Assembly: GCA_001787405.1 (NCBI GenBank) | Contig: MFWV01000009.1 | Location: 26,278-90,277 of the forward strand | DNA from: Candidatus Pacebacteria bacterium RIFOXYA1_FULL_38_18 | GTDB lineage: Bacteria > Patescibacteriota > Microgenomatia > UBA1400 > PJMF01 | Length of the DNA: 64,000 bases | Direction of reading: 5' to 3' | In this document: one piece after another, positions 10,369 through 19,629 of the stretch | Numbering within the stretch: the first letter of the stretch is position 1 | Layout: every line of letters begins with the position of its first letter | Made by a program: the position numbers and the translations under genes | The notes under the pieces: generated by a model | The model's input: only the letters and a program-made list of their open reading frames with translations | What the model was told of the DNA's origin: nothing | Database searches by the model: none

Positions 10369-11982
10369 TTATTGATTAATATAAATTCTGAATCGTTCCG
10401 AGCCATCACTGCCCAAGATTACTTTATCAGCAGAAAAATTTTTGCTCAACAAATCATCGGTTTGACTGGCTACGACAATCGTATTGGGTCTTTCTACATC
10501 ACCAATATTGATTTCTTCTTTAAATTCATATTTAACCAATGAACCGCCCTGATACCAAATGGGATTAGTTTTTCTTACAAACAGTGCATAAATATAAGGT
10601 TGGCCATAATCACTGGTGAAAATAATTTTATCAACTGCTGTTTTGCCTTGTTCTCCCTTTTCATAGGGAAGCACAAAACGAAATGCTTCCAAATAACCAT
10701 CCTGAAAAGCAGCAGCGCTTGCTGCGGCAAAAACAGTGTAGTAATGATGTAAATAACTAATAAAAAATAAACCATGAAATAAAATAAATGATCCTAATAA
10801 TAAATTTTTGAGGATCGCTGAAAAATTACTTGCAAATAAAGATTGCAAACCAAAAACAGCCAGTAAAATAAAACCGGGCAAACTCAGTAAACTACGATTG
10901 CTATGAGGAACTTCACTGCCTAAAGCTGCCGGTAAAATACCCAAGATCATCATCAACAAACCCAATTTTCCCAACATCATTTGATCAATTTTCTTTTGCT
11001 GTTTGAATAGCAAACAACAAAGTCCCACTATTACTAAACAAAAAGTAGTAAAGAGTAATACTCCCCAACGACCATCACCGTGTCTCAAAGTCGTGGTCGC
11101 TCCCTGTAATAAAAAAGGCGTTGATAGATGAGTGGCAAAATTTGAAATAATCAGGGTGAGTGTTTGGCCGATAGAACTAGTTTCATTGAAAATTAATGTT
11201 CCTGCTCGCTCCAAACCCTTACCAAATAAAGAATCATAAATTAGTGGCTTGGCCACCAATAATCCCACCCCTACTGCCGTAAGAAAACTTTTCCAATAAA
11301 TAACCAACTGTTTTCTTTGTTCAATTATTAAAAACAAAACCAATCCCGGCACCGTGATCTTGGCACTATGATAGGCATAAAGACTAGCCGTAAAACCCAA
11401 GATTGCCAATAAAAAATCTAGATAACGTCGCCATACTTTTTTGACTGCCAAGGCTTTATAAAAAAAATAAATAGCCCAAATAACCAAGGTTAGCGCTAAA
11501 CCGGATTCAAAACCAACTCTGGAAAAATGATGGTGCCAAGGAGAAAGAGCCAATAGACTGCCGGCCAACAAAGCAAGCAATCTGGCACGCTGTAAATTTT
11601 CACCACTTTTCACTGCCAAAATCCGAACCAAATAAATCATACCCAAAACAGCCATCACTCCGCTTAAAGCAAAAGGCAGACGAACTGCCCATAAATTCAT
11701 TCCTCCCAAATAAGTAAAAATACCATTGAGATAAATAGCCAACGGAGCTTTATAGTCTCCAAAAGACCAAAATGAGGTCGGCAAGCGAGTTAGCCATTCA
11801 TCTCTTCTAGTAGTAAAAATCGCAAAGCCGTTATAACCAATTGCTGCTTCATCCCAAGTCATTCCGTGCGGGACTTCACCTAATCGATAAAAACGCAGTA
11901 AGATTGTGATCAATAAAACAACGATCGTACTCCAAAAAAATTGTTTCTTTGTTAATTGAAAAGAAGCCGAGATTACTTTCAT
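10369..11982 (-). CDS. GT-C family membrane glycosyltransferase (ArnT/PMT-like)
   Basis: RFYRLGEVPHGMTWDEAAIGYNGFAIFTTRRDEW; polytopic. Confidence 0.85.
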   Translation of the reverse strand: MKVISASFQLTKKQFFWSTIVVLLITILLRFYRLGEVPHGMTWDEAAIGYNGFAIFTTRRDEWLTRLPTSFWSFGDYKAPLAIYLNGIFTYLGGMNLWAVRLPFALSGVMAVLGMIYLVRILAVKSGENLQRARLLALLAGSLLALSPWHHHFSRVGFESGLALTLVIWAIYFFYKALAVKKVWRRYLDFLLAILGFTASLYAYHSAKITVPGLVLFLIIEQRKQLVIYWKSFLTAVGVGLLVAKPLIYDSLFGKGLERAGTLIFNETSSIGQTLTLIISNFATHLSTPFLLQGATTTLRHGDGRWGVLLFTTFCLVIVGLCCLLFKQQKKIDQMMLGKLGLLMMILGILPAALGSEVPHSNRSLLSLPGFILLAVFGLQSLFASNFSAILKNLLLGSFILFHGLFFISYLHHYYTVFAAASAAAFQDGYLEAFRFVLPYEKGEQGKTAVDKIIFTSDYGQPYIYALFVRKTNPIWYQGGSLVKYEFKEEINIGDVERPNTIVVASQTDDLLSKNFSADKVILGSDGSERFRIYINQ

Positions 11983-12010
11983 ATAAATATTAATTATCGC
12001 GTTCTAAATC

Positions 12011-12871
12011 TTAATTTCTGATTATCCACCAATATGGTCTCCATAATAAATAAGCTACTTTTTGCCAAAAATCACTGTTTTTCCAAGTAAATTTATTGGC
12101 ATTATTCCAGCTCATTTTTTCCATTTTTCTCTGACCAAAAACAGTAGCATTGGTAGTTTCATGATTGTGATCCACAATAGCTTTTGGCTCAAACAAAACT
12201 TTCCAACCACGTTTTCTAGCTTGAAAAGATAAAGCTATGTCTTCCCAATAAGCTGGATAAAACAACTTATTAAATCCACCAATTGCTAGCCATTTTTGTT
12301 TATCAAACACTCCGCTACCACCAGAAACCCAGGCTGTCGGACCACTGGTAAAATCATCCGCTTTGGAATGAATAAACATTCCTCGTTCAAACCACAATTT
12401 GTTTTTACCAGATTTTTTACCATGCTCAATTTCCAATGGACCAACTGCAAAAACAGACTCATCTTGAAAATAGGGTAATAAATACTGAAGAGCAGTTTTT
12501 CTGGGAGCAACGTCACTATTGATCAAGAAAATCAAATCATACTTGGCAGTTCGCACACCCCGATTGGAAGTTTCCCCAAAACGCTGATTCTTGATATTTA
12601 CCAGTAGCAAGACACTAATTTTTTTATTTCCTTGAATAAATAATCCCCGATAAGCCTTCACTCCCGCAACGGGAGCCTTGATTGAGTTCATTTTAAAGTG
12701 ATCTTTCAACCACTGGACCGTGTCATCAGGCCCGGCATCCTCCACTATGATTAATTCGTCTTGGTTCTGCAAACAAGCCAAAACTGCTGGTAAATATTTC
12801 TCCAATAAATGTTTGCCTTTAAAAGTAGGAATCACGGCAGAGACGTGAGGAAGTTGTTTGTTTTTTTTCAT
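12011..12871 (-). CDS. GT2 glycosyltransferase
   Basis: HVSAVIPTFKGKHLLEKYL...IIVEDAGPDDT: GT2 N-terminal fold. Confidence 0.8.
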   Translation of the reverse strand: MKKNKQLPHVSAVIPTFKGKHLLEKYLPAVLACLQNQDELIIVEDAGPDDTVQWLKDHFKMNSIKAPVAGVKAYRGLFIQGNKKISVLLLVNIKNQRFGETSNRGVRTAKYDLIFLINSDVAPRKTALQYLLPYFQDESVFAVGPLEIEHGKKSGKNKLWFERGMFIHSKADDFTSGPTAWVSGGSGVFDKQKWLAIGGFNKLFYPAYWEDIALSFQARKRGWKVLFEPKAIVDHNHETTNATVFGQRKMEKMSWNNANKFTWKNSDFWQKVAYLLWRPYWWIIRN

Positions 12872-13998
12872 TGGTTTAATCTTAAAACTTGCATCATTTC
12901 GCGTAAATTAGTCTCAAATTTTTCTGGTCCAAAATTCTGTGATCGCAACTGTGCTTGAGTTGCCAAGAAAGCGCGCTTATGCTCATTGTTCATAAGCTCG
13001 GCTGTTTTTGCAAGACACGTTTTTTCATCTTGCCACAAAAGCTCAGTCAAACCAGCTCCCAAGATTTCTGGCTGACCACCTTTACTGATCACTACTGGCA
13101 CAGCTCGACTAGCCATTGCCTCCACCGTACTGATTCCAAAATGCTCCATTTTTTCCGGATGCAAATCTTCATCTACTGCAAAACCTGTAGTATGCCAATA
13201 GATAGAGGCTTTAGCGTACCAAGCATCCAATTCATCTCTAGAAACTGTATGAATAATCTTGATGGGCAAACCACTGGCTAGTTTCTTTACTTCTCTGGCA
13301 TATTGTTCATCTTCTACTGAACCAATTAAAACTAATTGCCAGCCCTTACTTTCTTGTGGATATTGTTTTTTTAAATTCTTAAAAAATCGAACTAAAACAT
13401 CTTGGCGTTTGCTATGCAACTGACGGAAAAACCGGCCAACATGAAGAATAATTTTTTCTTTTTGGATTTTTTCACTCAATAACTCAAGTTTGGCAACATC
13501 AACCATGGGCTGATGAACAGCATTGACGCGCAAACCCCAGTGTTTTTCCACAATTTGTTTGGTAAATGCTGAATTGGTATTAACAAATTGCCAACTGAGT
13601 TTTTTTAATCGTTCAAAAAAACTAAGTGGTTGTCTAATCAGGGGAATTTGAATATGAATAACACTCTTACCAGCTCCACTCAAAAATAAACTGCCATCAG
13701 TAATAAAATAAAGCAAATCAAATTGACGAGTCCAGTTAAGTTTTTGCCAAAAACTAGCTTTAGTTCCCAGGGGAGAAGCCAATAACTCCAATTGTTTTAA
13801 ATCTTGACCTAAAAAATCTTGATATTTGGTGTAAATTGCTTCAGTTTCAGAACTTGAGAGTTGCTGATGAAACTCTGTTTGGGGCACAGCCAGAAAAACC
13901 TGACCATAAGTGGCCATGAATTGAGCCACGTCCAATAAATACTTTTCTCCTCCACCAGTGTGTTTGGGAAAATATGGAGAATAAAGACAGATTTTCAT
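12868..13998 (-). CDS. GT4 (GT1-fold) glycosyltransferase
   Basis: FGISTVEAMASRAVPVVISKGGQPEILG C-terminal GT1 motif. Confidence 0.8.
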   Translation of the reverse strand: MKICLYSPYFPKHTGGGEKYLLDVAQFMATYGQVFLAVPQTEFHQQLSSSETEAIYTKYQDFLGQDLKQLELLASPLGTKASFWQKLNWTRQFDLLYFITDGSLFLSGAGKSVIHIQIPLIRQPLSFFERLKKLSWQFVNTNSAFTKQIVEKHWGLRVNAVHQPMVDVAKLELLSEKIQKEKIILHVGRFFRQLHSKRQDVLVRFFKNLKKQYPQESKGWQLVLIGSVEDEQYAREVKKLASGLPIKIIHTVSRDELDAWYAKASIYWHTTGFAVDEDLHPEKMEHFGISTVEAMASRAVPVVISKGGQPEILGAGLTELLWQDEKTCLAKTAELMNNEHKRAFLATQAQLRSQNFGPEKFETNLREMMQVLRLNQ

Positions 13999-14002
13999 TC
14001 AA

Positions 14003-14824
14003 TCACAGCTCCTTTTCGCTCCGCCAAAGAGCCTGAATTTCTTTTTCTTGTTGTTGATATCTCTCTGGTAAATCAGGTTTTTGTTGCAATTCCCAAACTT
14101 GAATATAAACCATGATGCGATTCATACCTTGCACCAAAGCTTCGATCAAACCCACTAAACCATCTCGATAACCTCTTTTTATTACTGCTCGGCGCAAAAA
14201 TTCCATAATACCTTTACGCAAAAGTGTCAAAAAAGTGACAGGCTTCACTCCGGCTTTGCAAATCAACTCTGCCTCCAATTTGGTCCAATTGGCTGATTTT
14301 CTGAGGTTGTCTTCGGTACTGCGATGAGTGAGGTGGATTAATGAAGAGTGCAAAGTGGTTACTTCGCCTTTAAACAGCGGGCTTTCATGAATATCTCCTT
14401 GCCACTCTTTAAAATCAGTTTTTTTAAAGACTCTAGTCACCCAATCTTTTTCCCAACCTCCGTGTTTGAATAAAAACCCATAAAGAAAATTCTCTCGTTT
14501 GAATTTCAAGGCACTGACCTGTGCTGTTTCTGTATGAACCAAGATTTCTTTGGCTAGGGTGGGAGTCACTCGTTCATCAGCATCAATATAAAAAAGCCAG
14601 TCACCAGTAGCATGTTTAATTGCCTCGTCTCTGCGTCTAGCAAATGAAGAATGAGCAAACTCCACTACTTTGGCTCCCAAAGACTCTGCCTTTTGCACTG
14701 TTTCATCTGTTGAGTTGTGATCTATGACCAATATTTCATTACACCAGCCAAGCGTATTTAGACAGCCTTCAATCATAGACGACTCATTGTGAGTTAGGAT
14801 AATGGCGGTTATTTTGAGTTTCAT
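14003..14824 (-). CDS. GT2 glycosyltransferase
   Basis: ITAIILTHNESSMIEGCL...IDHNSTDET...IDADE. Confidence 0.8.
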   Translation of the reverse strand: MKLKITAIILTHNESSMIEGCLNTLGWCNEILVIDHNSTDETVQKAESLGAKVVEFAHSSFARRRDEAIKHATGDWLFYIDADERVTPTLAKEILVHTETAQVSALKFKRENFLYGFLFKHGGWEKDWVTRVFKKTDFKEWQGDIHESPLFKGEVTTLHSSLIHLTHRSTEDNLRKSANWTKLEAELICKAGVKPVTFLTLLRKGIMEFLRRAVIKRGYRDGLVGLIEALVQGMNRIMVYIQVWELQQKPDLPERYQQQEKEIQALWRSEKEL

Positions 14825-15738
14825 AAAATTGGTTGCTTTCCAAAACGAAAAAATAAAAAGTCAAAAACACCTTTTCGTTCGGCATCGGTTCCATTAAAAA
14901 GAGTATTAAAAATAAAACGAATTGCCGTCAGCCAATTGCCCCAAGTGCCATGTTTAACAAATACCAATAAACGATTGCGTGTTTGATAGTATTGTTGAAA
15001 CTTGGAGCCAACTCCACCTGCTGTGGAGCCACCATTCATGTGCCAAACGATTGATTGGGGCACAAAACTTAATTTATAGCCACCCTTTTTTACTCGCAAA
15101 CTGTAATCCATATCTTCGTAATACCCAAAAAATCTTTTGTCCAAAATACCAACATGTTCTGTTACGACTCGCTTAATCATGATAGCGCAACCAGTGGCAA
15201 AATCACAGCTAGTCTGCTGATCAAACTGACCACGATCCACCTCATCTACCCCACGATGAAAAGCAACTAAGTTTTTCCAATCAATACTGCCGCCAGCATA
15301 CCAAAGTACCTTGCCTCGTTCTGATTTTTTATAACTTTTGCGATGAAATTCCAGGCCGGGAGTAAAGTAAATCTTGGAAACAGCAATCCCGATTTTAGGA
15401 TCATTGCGCAGAGTGTCATAGAGCGCTTGTACTCCTTGTTTCTCTACTTCAGCATCAGAATTTAATAGAAAAAAATAATCTGATTGGTAGTTTTTGACAG
15501 CATGGCTTATGCCTAGATTATTTCCTCCCGTAAAACCCAGGTTTGCCTCACTACGGATCAGTTCAACCGGCGCTTTTTTTAAATCTTTGGCCAATTTCAA
15601 CGGTACTTTGGAACCATTATCAACCACTAGAACTTGATGACGAAAACCATCCGCCGTTGCCTTGATAGCAGAACGAATGGCCAAATCTGTTTCTCTGGGG
15701 GTATTGTAATTAACAATAATGGTAGTGACGTGCTCCAT
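14821..15738 (-). CDS. GT2 glycosyltransferase (rhamnosyltransferase-like subgroup)
   Basis: TTIIVNYNTPRETDLAI...VVDNGS. Confidence 0.8.
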   Translation of the reverse strand: MEHVTTIIVNYNTPRETDLAIRSAIKATADGFRHQVLVVDNGSKVPLKLAKDLKKAPVELIRSEANLGFTGGNNLGISHAVKNYQSDYFFLLNSDAEVEKQGVQALYDTLRNDPKIGIAVSKIYFTPGLEFHRKSYKKSERGKVLWYAGGSIDWKNLVAFHRGVDEVDRGQFDQQTSCDFATGCAIMIKRVVTEHVGILDKRFFGYYEDMDYSLRVKKGGYKLSFVPQSIVWHMNGGSTAGGVGSKFQQYYQTRNRLLVFVKHGTWGNWLTAIRFIFNTLFNGTDAERKGVFDFLFFRFGKQPIL

Positions 15739-15765
15739 AGTTTGTCATTCATTATACTATTTATA

Positions 15766-17505
15766 CTACTGGTTTTTACCCTGATATTCCCAAACTTCAA
15801 CACCGGTAGGAGCTGATTGGTGCTTTAAAGTGGTCAGCAACCGATAATCAGGATGATTGCGATTAAAATCAGGAATTTGAGCTTCTTCAACCACAAATAA
15901 AATGTTTTTGTTGTTATACAATTGATTGTTTGACCAATCGATTGATTGAAAATAAATATTATCTAATTTACTAACATGACTAAAACCTTCCACATCATGG
16001 GGATAATATTCAATGCGCGTAGTTAATTCTGCCGGATGACCAGCTTCATAAAATAAAAAATAAATATAAGGAGAATAAGTTTCGTCCTGAAAATAGATGG
16101 CATCGTAATGAGTTTTTTGTTCAGTCAACCAATAAACTAAAGTCTTCATTTGCCACGACCAATAACGAGCATCTTGAATTGGATAAACAAAATAATAATG
16201 AATTAAAAAACGATAAGCATTATAAGATAATCCTATAATTATGAATGAAAATAGAGTGATTAGGACTTTTCTTGAACAATATTTTTGCATTATTTGATGT
16301 AATTTAATAAAACCGTAGACCGAGAGTATTTCAATCACTACAAAAGCCGGTGAAAATCTAATCGTATGATTAGCTTGAAAAGTAATCATAGGTGCAACAC
16401 TGGCCGCCAGCAACCAACCTCCCAACCAAATCTGCCAGCGTTGAGGTCGAATAAATAATGAAGCTATACCAACTACTAAACCAAAAAACATGATCGGGTA
16501 GAAATTTCCAAAACCAGTCAAATTGTGAGCATGATTATCTCCTCCTTGTAAAAACAAAAACTCCGGAGAGATCATCTTAAAAAAATTAGTTTTCAACTGC
16601 ATGAAAAAGGCACTAAATTTGTTGGCGGCCAGCACCAAACTTAACTGTTCAAATTGCGGTACAATGCTACGATATTGATTAACTTGTTTAGTATAAGCAT
16701 CAAGATCAAAGATCGATAAACCATTAAACTTCGTTTGATTAGCTTCCTGGATACCGCTGAATAATAAGAGTGTGCCGATAAAAATAAAAGGAGCCAGACT
16801 AGCTATCACCCAGGATCGATGACCGTTAAAAAACTTTTTCCAAGTCGACCAATAAAGACTCACTGTCATCAACCAAAACAATGGTATAAAAACCTGATAG
16901 GCATGATAACCTACCAAAGTTAAGGCCCACAGTCCTTGTGAGCCAATTAATAAACCCAACCTTTTTCGACCATGCTGAAAGTCACGCCAGACTATTAATA
17001 AGGCCACTAGTCCCCATAAAAACAAAGCTAAGGCAAGATGAGCTTCATAAGCAATATGTGAAAAATGAACTGCCCAAGGAGAAACCGCCAAAATCCATGG
17101 CACTAAAAGTGACAACCAAGTACGAATTTTTTTATCCTTGATTAATAATAAAACCAACCAATAACTACTGACAACCACACTCACGCCCGCTAAAGCCGAG
17201 GGCAAACGCACTGTCCAAGTAGTTAAACCAAACACTTTGACCAACGGAATTAAAACATAGATATAAAGCGGTAATTTCCAGTCACCGAATGATTCAATTT
17301 GCAACGGCCAAGCCACTCCGCGTTCATCTCGACCAGTTTCTAATAAAGAATAAGCTGTGTAACCTAAAGAAGCCTCATCACGATTGAGTTCTATCGGCAC
17401 TTCCCCTAGTTTAAAAAAACGTAAAACAATAGCTAAAATAAAAATCAAACCAACCAAAAGTTGATGTCGATGATTAATGAGTGAAGTTTTAATTTTATTC
17501 ATCAA
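15766..17505 (-). CDS. GT-C family membrane glycosyltransferase (ArnT/PMT-like)
   Basis: RFFKLGEVPIELNRDEASLGYTAYSLLETGRDERG; polytopic. Confidence 0.85.
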   Translation of the reverse strand: MMNKIKTSLINHRHQLLVGLIFILAIVLRFFKLGEVPIELNRDEASLGYTAYSLLETGRDERGVAWPLQIESFGDWKLPLYIYVLIPLVKVFGLTTWTVRLPSALAGVSVVVSSYWLVLLLIKDKKIRTWLSLLVPWILAVSPWAVHFSHIAYEAHLALALFLWGLVALLIVWRDFQHGRKRLGLLIGSQGLWALTLVGYHAYQVFIPLFWLMTVSLYWSTWKKFFNGHRSWVIASLAPFIFIGTLLLFSGIQEANQTKFNGLSIFDLDAYTKQVNQYRSIVPQFEQLSLVLAANKFSAFFMQLKTNFFKMISPEFLFLQGGDNHAHNLTGFGNFYPIMFFGLVVGIASLFIRPQRWQIWLGGWLLAASVAPMITFQANHTIRFSPAFVVIEILSVYGFIKLHQIMQKYCSRKVLITLFSFIIIGLSYNAYRFLIHYYFVYPIQDARYWSWQMKTLVYWLTEQKTHYDAIYFQDETYSPYIYFLFYEAGHPAELTTRIEYYPHDVEGFSHVSKLDNIYFQSIDWSNNQLYNNKNILFVVEEAQIPDFNRNHPDYRLLTTLKHQSAPTGVEVWEYQGKNQ

Positions 17506-17514
17506 ATTTTTAAT

Positions 17515-18441
17515 TTACATTTGAAATTTACGCCTGATTTGCCAATAAATTTTTCTGAAACCGCCAGTATGCCTAACCTGATAATCAGCCCACCAATAAT
17601 GCCAAATTCGTTGCATTTGCTGCAAAGATTTACCCAAATCCTCTGGCTTGGTAACCTTGAAACCTTGGTTGCCCCATTGTTTTAAATAAATAACAGCTTC
17701 ATACATAGCCTGCAATAATGAGAGCGCCACGCCATGCATGCCTTCTTCCACGCCATCCATCATCAGGGCGCGTTTGGCAAACTCTCCTGCAAACTTCTCC
17801 AAAACTACTGCGCTGGAAAAGTCTTTTATTTCAGTACGCTCCTTGGCTTGAATGCTGGTGTAGTGATTGAGTTTGGTAACAAAATGATCAACATCATCAT
17901 AATTGAAATGCTGAAGAGCATACTTTTCTTCTGTGGGCAAATAAACTTCTTTTCCCTTGACGTCTGGCAGTCTATGTACGCCAACCTGCCAGGAAACCGC
18001 TCCTTTTTTAAACAACCTAGGTTGATAATCAGGCCACCAACCAGTTTTAGTTATCCAATGCCCGAACACAATGTTTTTCCTGGGCAGCCAATAAACATCT
18101 GCAGCTGATTCCTGATCTAGAGTCTGTAAAACAATTTGTTTGAGCTCATCACTCACCACCTCATCGGCATCAACAACCAAGATCCACTCATGACTGGCCT
18201 TACTCAAAGCAAAATTCCGGGCTGGATCTGCATAGCCCAAATCTTTATGCTGAAAAATCTTTTTGGTGAATTTTCTGGCCAAGGTGAGAGTGCCGTCACT
18301 GCTGTACATATCCACTATCACGATTTCATCCGCGAAACTAACCGATCTCAAAGTCCGTACAATAGTGTTAGCCACATCTTTGGTATTGATCACTACCGAT
18401 AATTTGACTGAGCGCATGTCGTCATTGTACCGTTTTTTCAC
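17515..18441 (-). CDS. GT2 glycosyltransferase, DPM1-like polyprenol-phosphate sugar synthase
   Basis: KLSVVINTKDVANTIVRTL...VDMYSSDGT...VDADE. Confidence 0.8.
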   Translation of the reverse strand: MKKRYNDDMRSVKLSVVINTKDVANTIVRTLRSVSFADEIVIVDMYSSDGTLTLARKFTKKIFQHKDLGYADPARNFALSKASHEWILVVDADEVVSDELKQIVLQTLDQESAADVYWLPRKNIVFGHWITKTGWWPDYQPRLFKKGAVSWQVGVHRLPDVKGKEVYLPTEEKYALQHFNYDDVDHFVTKLNHYTSIQAKERTEIKDFSSAVVLEKFAGEFAKRALMMDGVEEGMHGVALSLLQAMYEAVIYLKQWGNQGFKVTKPEDLGKSLQQMQRIWHYWWADYQVRHTGGFRKIYWQIRRKFQM

Positions 18442-18486
18442 TAAAGTAAAAATAGATGATAATCAATCGTCGATTGATCTTTAACC

Positions 18487-18515
18487 TTGTGACAGTTTTT
18501 CTAAACTGTTACAAT
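18487..18515 (+). promoter_or_regulatory. Sigma70-like promoter TTGTGA-N17-TACAAT overlapping an imperfect inverted repeat (TTGTGACAG-N10-CTGTTACAA)
   Basis: Read directly from the divergent intergenic region between the GT2 gene (-) and the gene at 18529 (+). The spacing is 17 nt and the ATG lies 14 nt downstream of the -10. Confidence 0.35.
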
Positions 18516-18528
18516 TTTTTTAAGTTAA

Positions 18529-19629
18529 ATGAAAAAAATATTGACCAATTCCATCTTTTGGCTTTTTGTTTTAATTTTTTCTACTACCATTCTAGCAACC
18601 TTAATTCATCGCGCCGAAATCTTCATTCCCACCAATCGTAAGGCTATCAGTCTAGCTTACAGTCAATCGCAGTATGTTCTGGGCGATGAAGCTTTACAAA
18701 AAATAGATGACAATACTCTCTATCAGTATGCAGCCGAAGCCTATCTTCGGGGCGAAGATCCCACGACAATCAATTTTGAGCATCCTCCACTGGGTAAATA
18801 TTTATTTGGTCTGTCGCTACAACTATTTAATCAAGTTTTAGTCATCAATATTTTATTGTTTGCTATTTGTTTGAGTCTATTTGCTCTTCTTCTAAAACAA
18901 TTGAAGTTTTCTGAGACCTTTATTTTCTTGGCAGTTGGTTATTTGGCATTGGGCAGTGGTTTGAGTGGCCATTTGCGCACGGCTCTTTTTGATTTGCAGA
19001 TTTTAATTTGGTCGTTGGCATTTTTTAATGTTTTATTTTTGACAAAAGAAAATTGGCAAAAATATACTTTGCTTGGCTTAGTGCTGGGTTTGTTGATGGC
19101 TACTAAGTATTTTTTTCCGATCATTTTTTTATTTATTGGTCTGTTGGGTATCTGGGTTTGGCAAAAACAAACTTGGAAAAAAGCAATTTTGAGTCTGGTA
19201 ATAGCCGTAATCACTTATTTATTTAGTTATATTGTTTTCTTTCTTCATCAGCATTCATTGATGGATTTTATTCGTTTTGAATGGTTTCGTTTCCGTTGGT
19301 GGACAGGTAATCGAACCATTCCCAAGTTTATTATTTTGCAGACTTTGTTTCTGGGAAAATATCAAGCTTGGTGGGAACCAACTCGGCAATATTTGCCCAG
19401 CGGTGATTGGAATTGGAGTTGGCCTATCTTGTTTATTGTTTATCTCATTTCACTCATCAAACAAAAACTATCATTAAAGACAGCCATAATTATTCTTTAT
19501 ACTCTAGGTTTATTGGGAATTTTTCTCCTTGGATCGGCCGTTTATGGTCGTTATCTACTACAATTAATTCCTTTCTGGTTAATTATTATTGGTCGGGCTT
19601 ACCAAAATGTACAAAAAAATAATCACTAA
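18529..19629 (+). CDS. Small PMT_2-like GT-C membrane protein
   Basis: FEHPPLGKYLFGLSL motif (the HPPLgK of PMT/ArnT-type enzymes), a preceding LGDEAL loop, and about ten TM segments. Confidence 0.7.
   Translation: MKKILTNSIFWLFVLIFSTTILATLIHRAEIFIPTNRKAISLAYSQSQYVLGDEALQKIDDNTLYQYAAEAYLRGEDPTTINFEHPPLGKYLFGLSLQLFNQVLVINILLFAICLSLFALLLKQLKFSETFIFLAVGYLALGSGLSGHLRTALFDLQILIWSLAFFNVLFLTKENWQKYTLLGLVLGLLMATKYFFPIIFLFIGLLGIWVWQKQTWKKAILSLVIAVITYLFSYIVFFLHQHSLMDFIRFEWFRFRWWTGNRTIPKFIILQTLFLGKYQAWWEPTRQYLPSGDWNWSWPILFIVYLISLIKQKLSLKTAIIILYTLGLLGIFLLGSAVYGRYLLQLIPFWLIIIGRAYQNVQKNNH

Noticed and set aside
17734-18108. 124-aa ORF antisense to the GT2 gene at 17515-18441 (and similar antisense ORFs at 3077-3280, 12286-12516, 29050-29454, 9143-9373)
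   Set aside because: Each is fully embedded antisense within a well-supported CDS with strong family motifs, with no start context and AT-rich shadow-frame composition. These are spurious ORFs.
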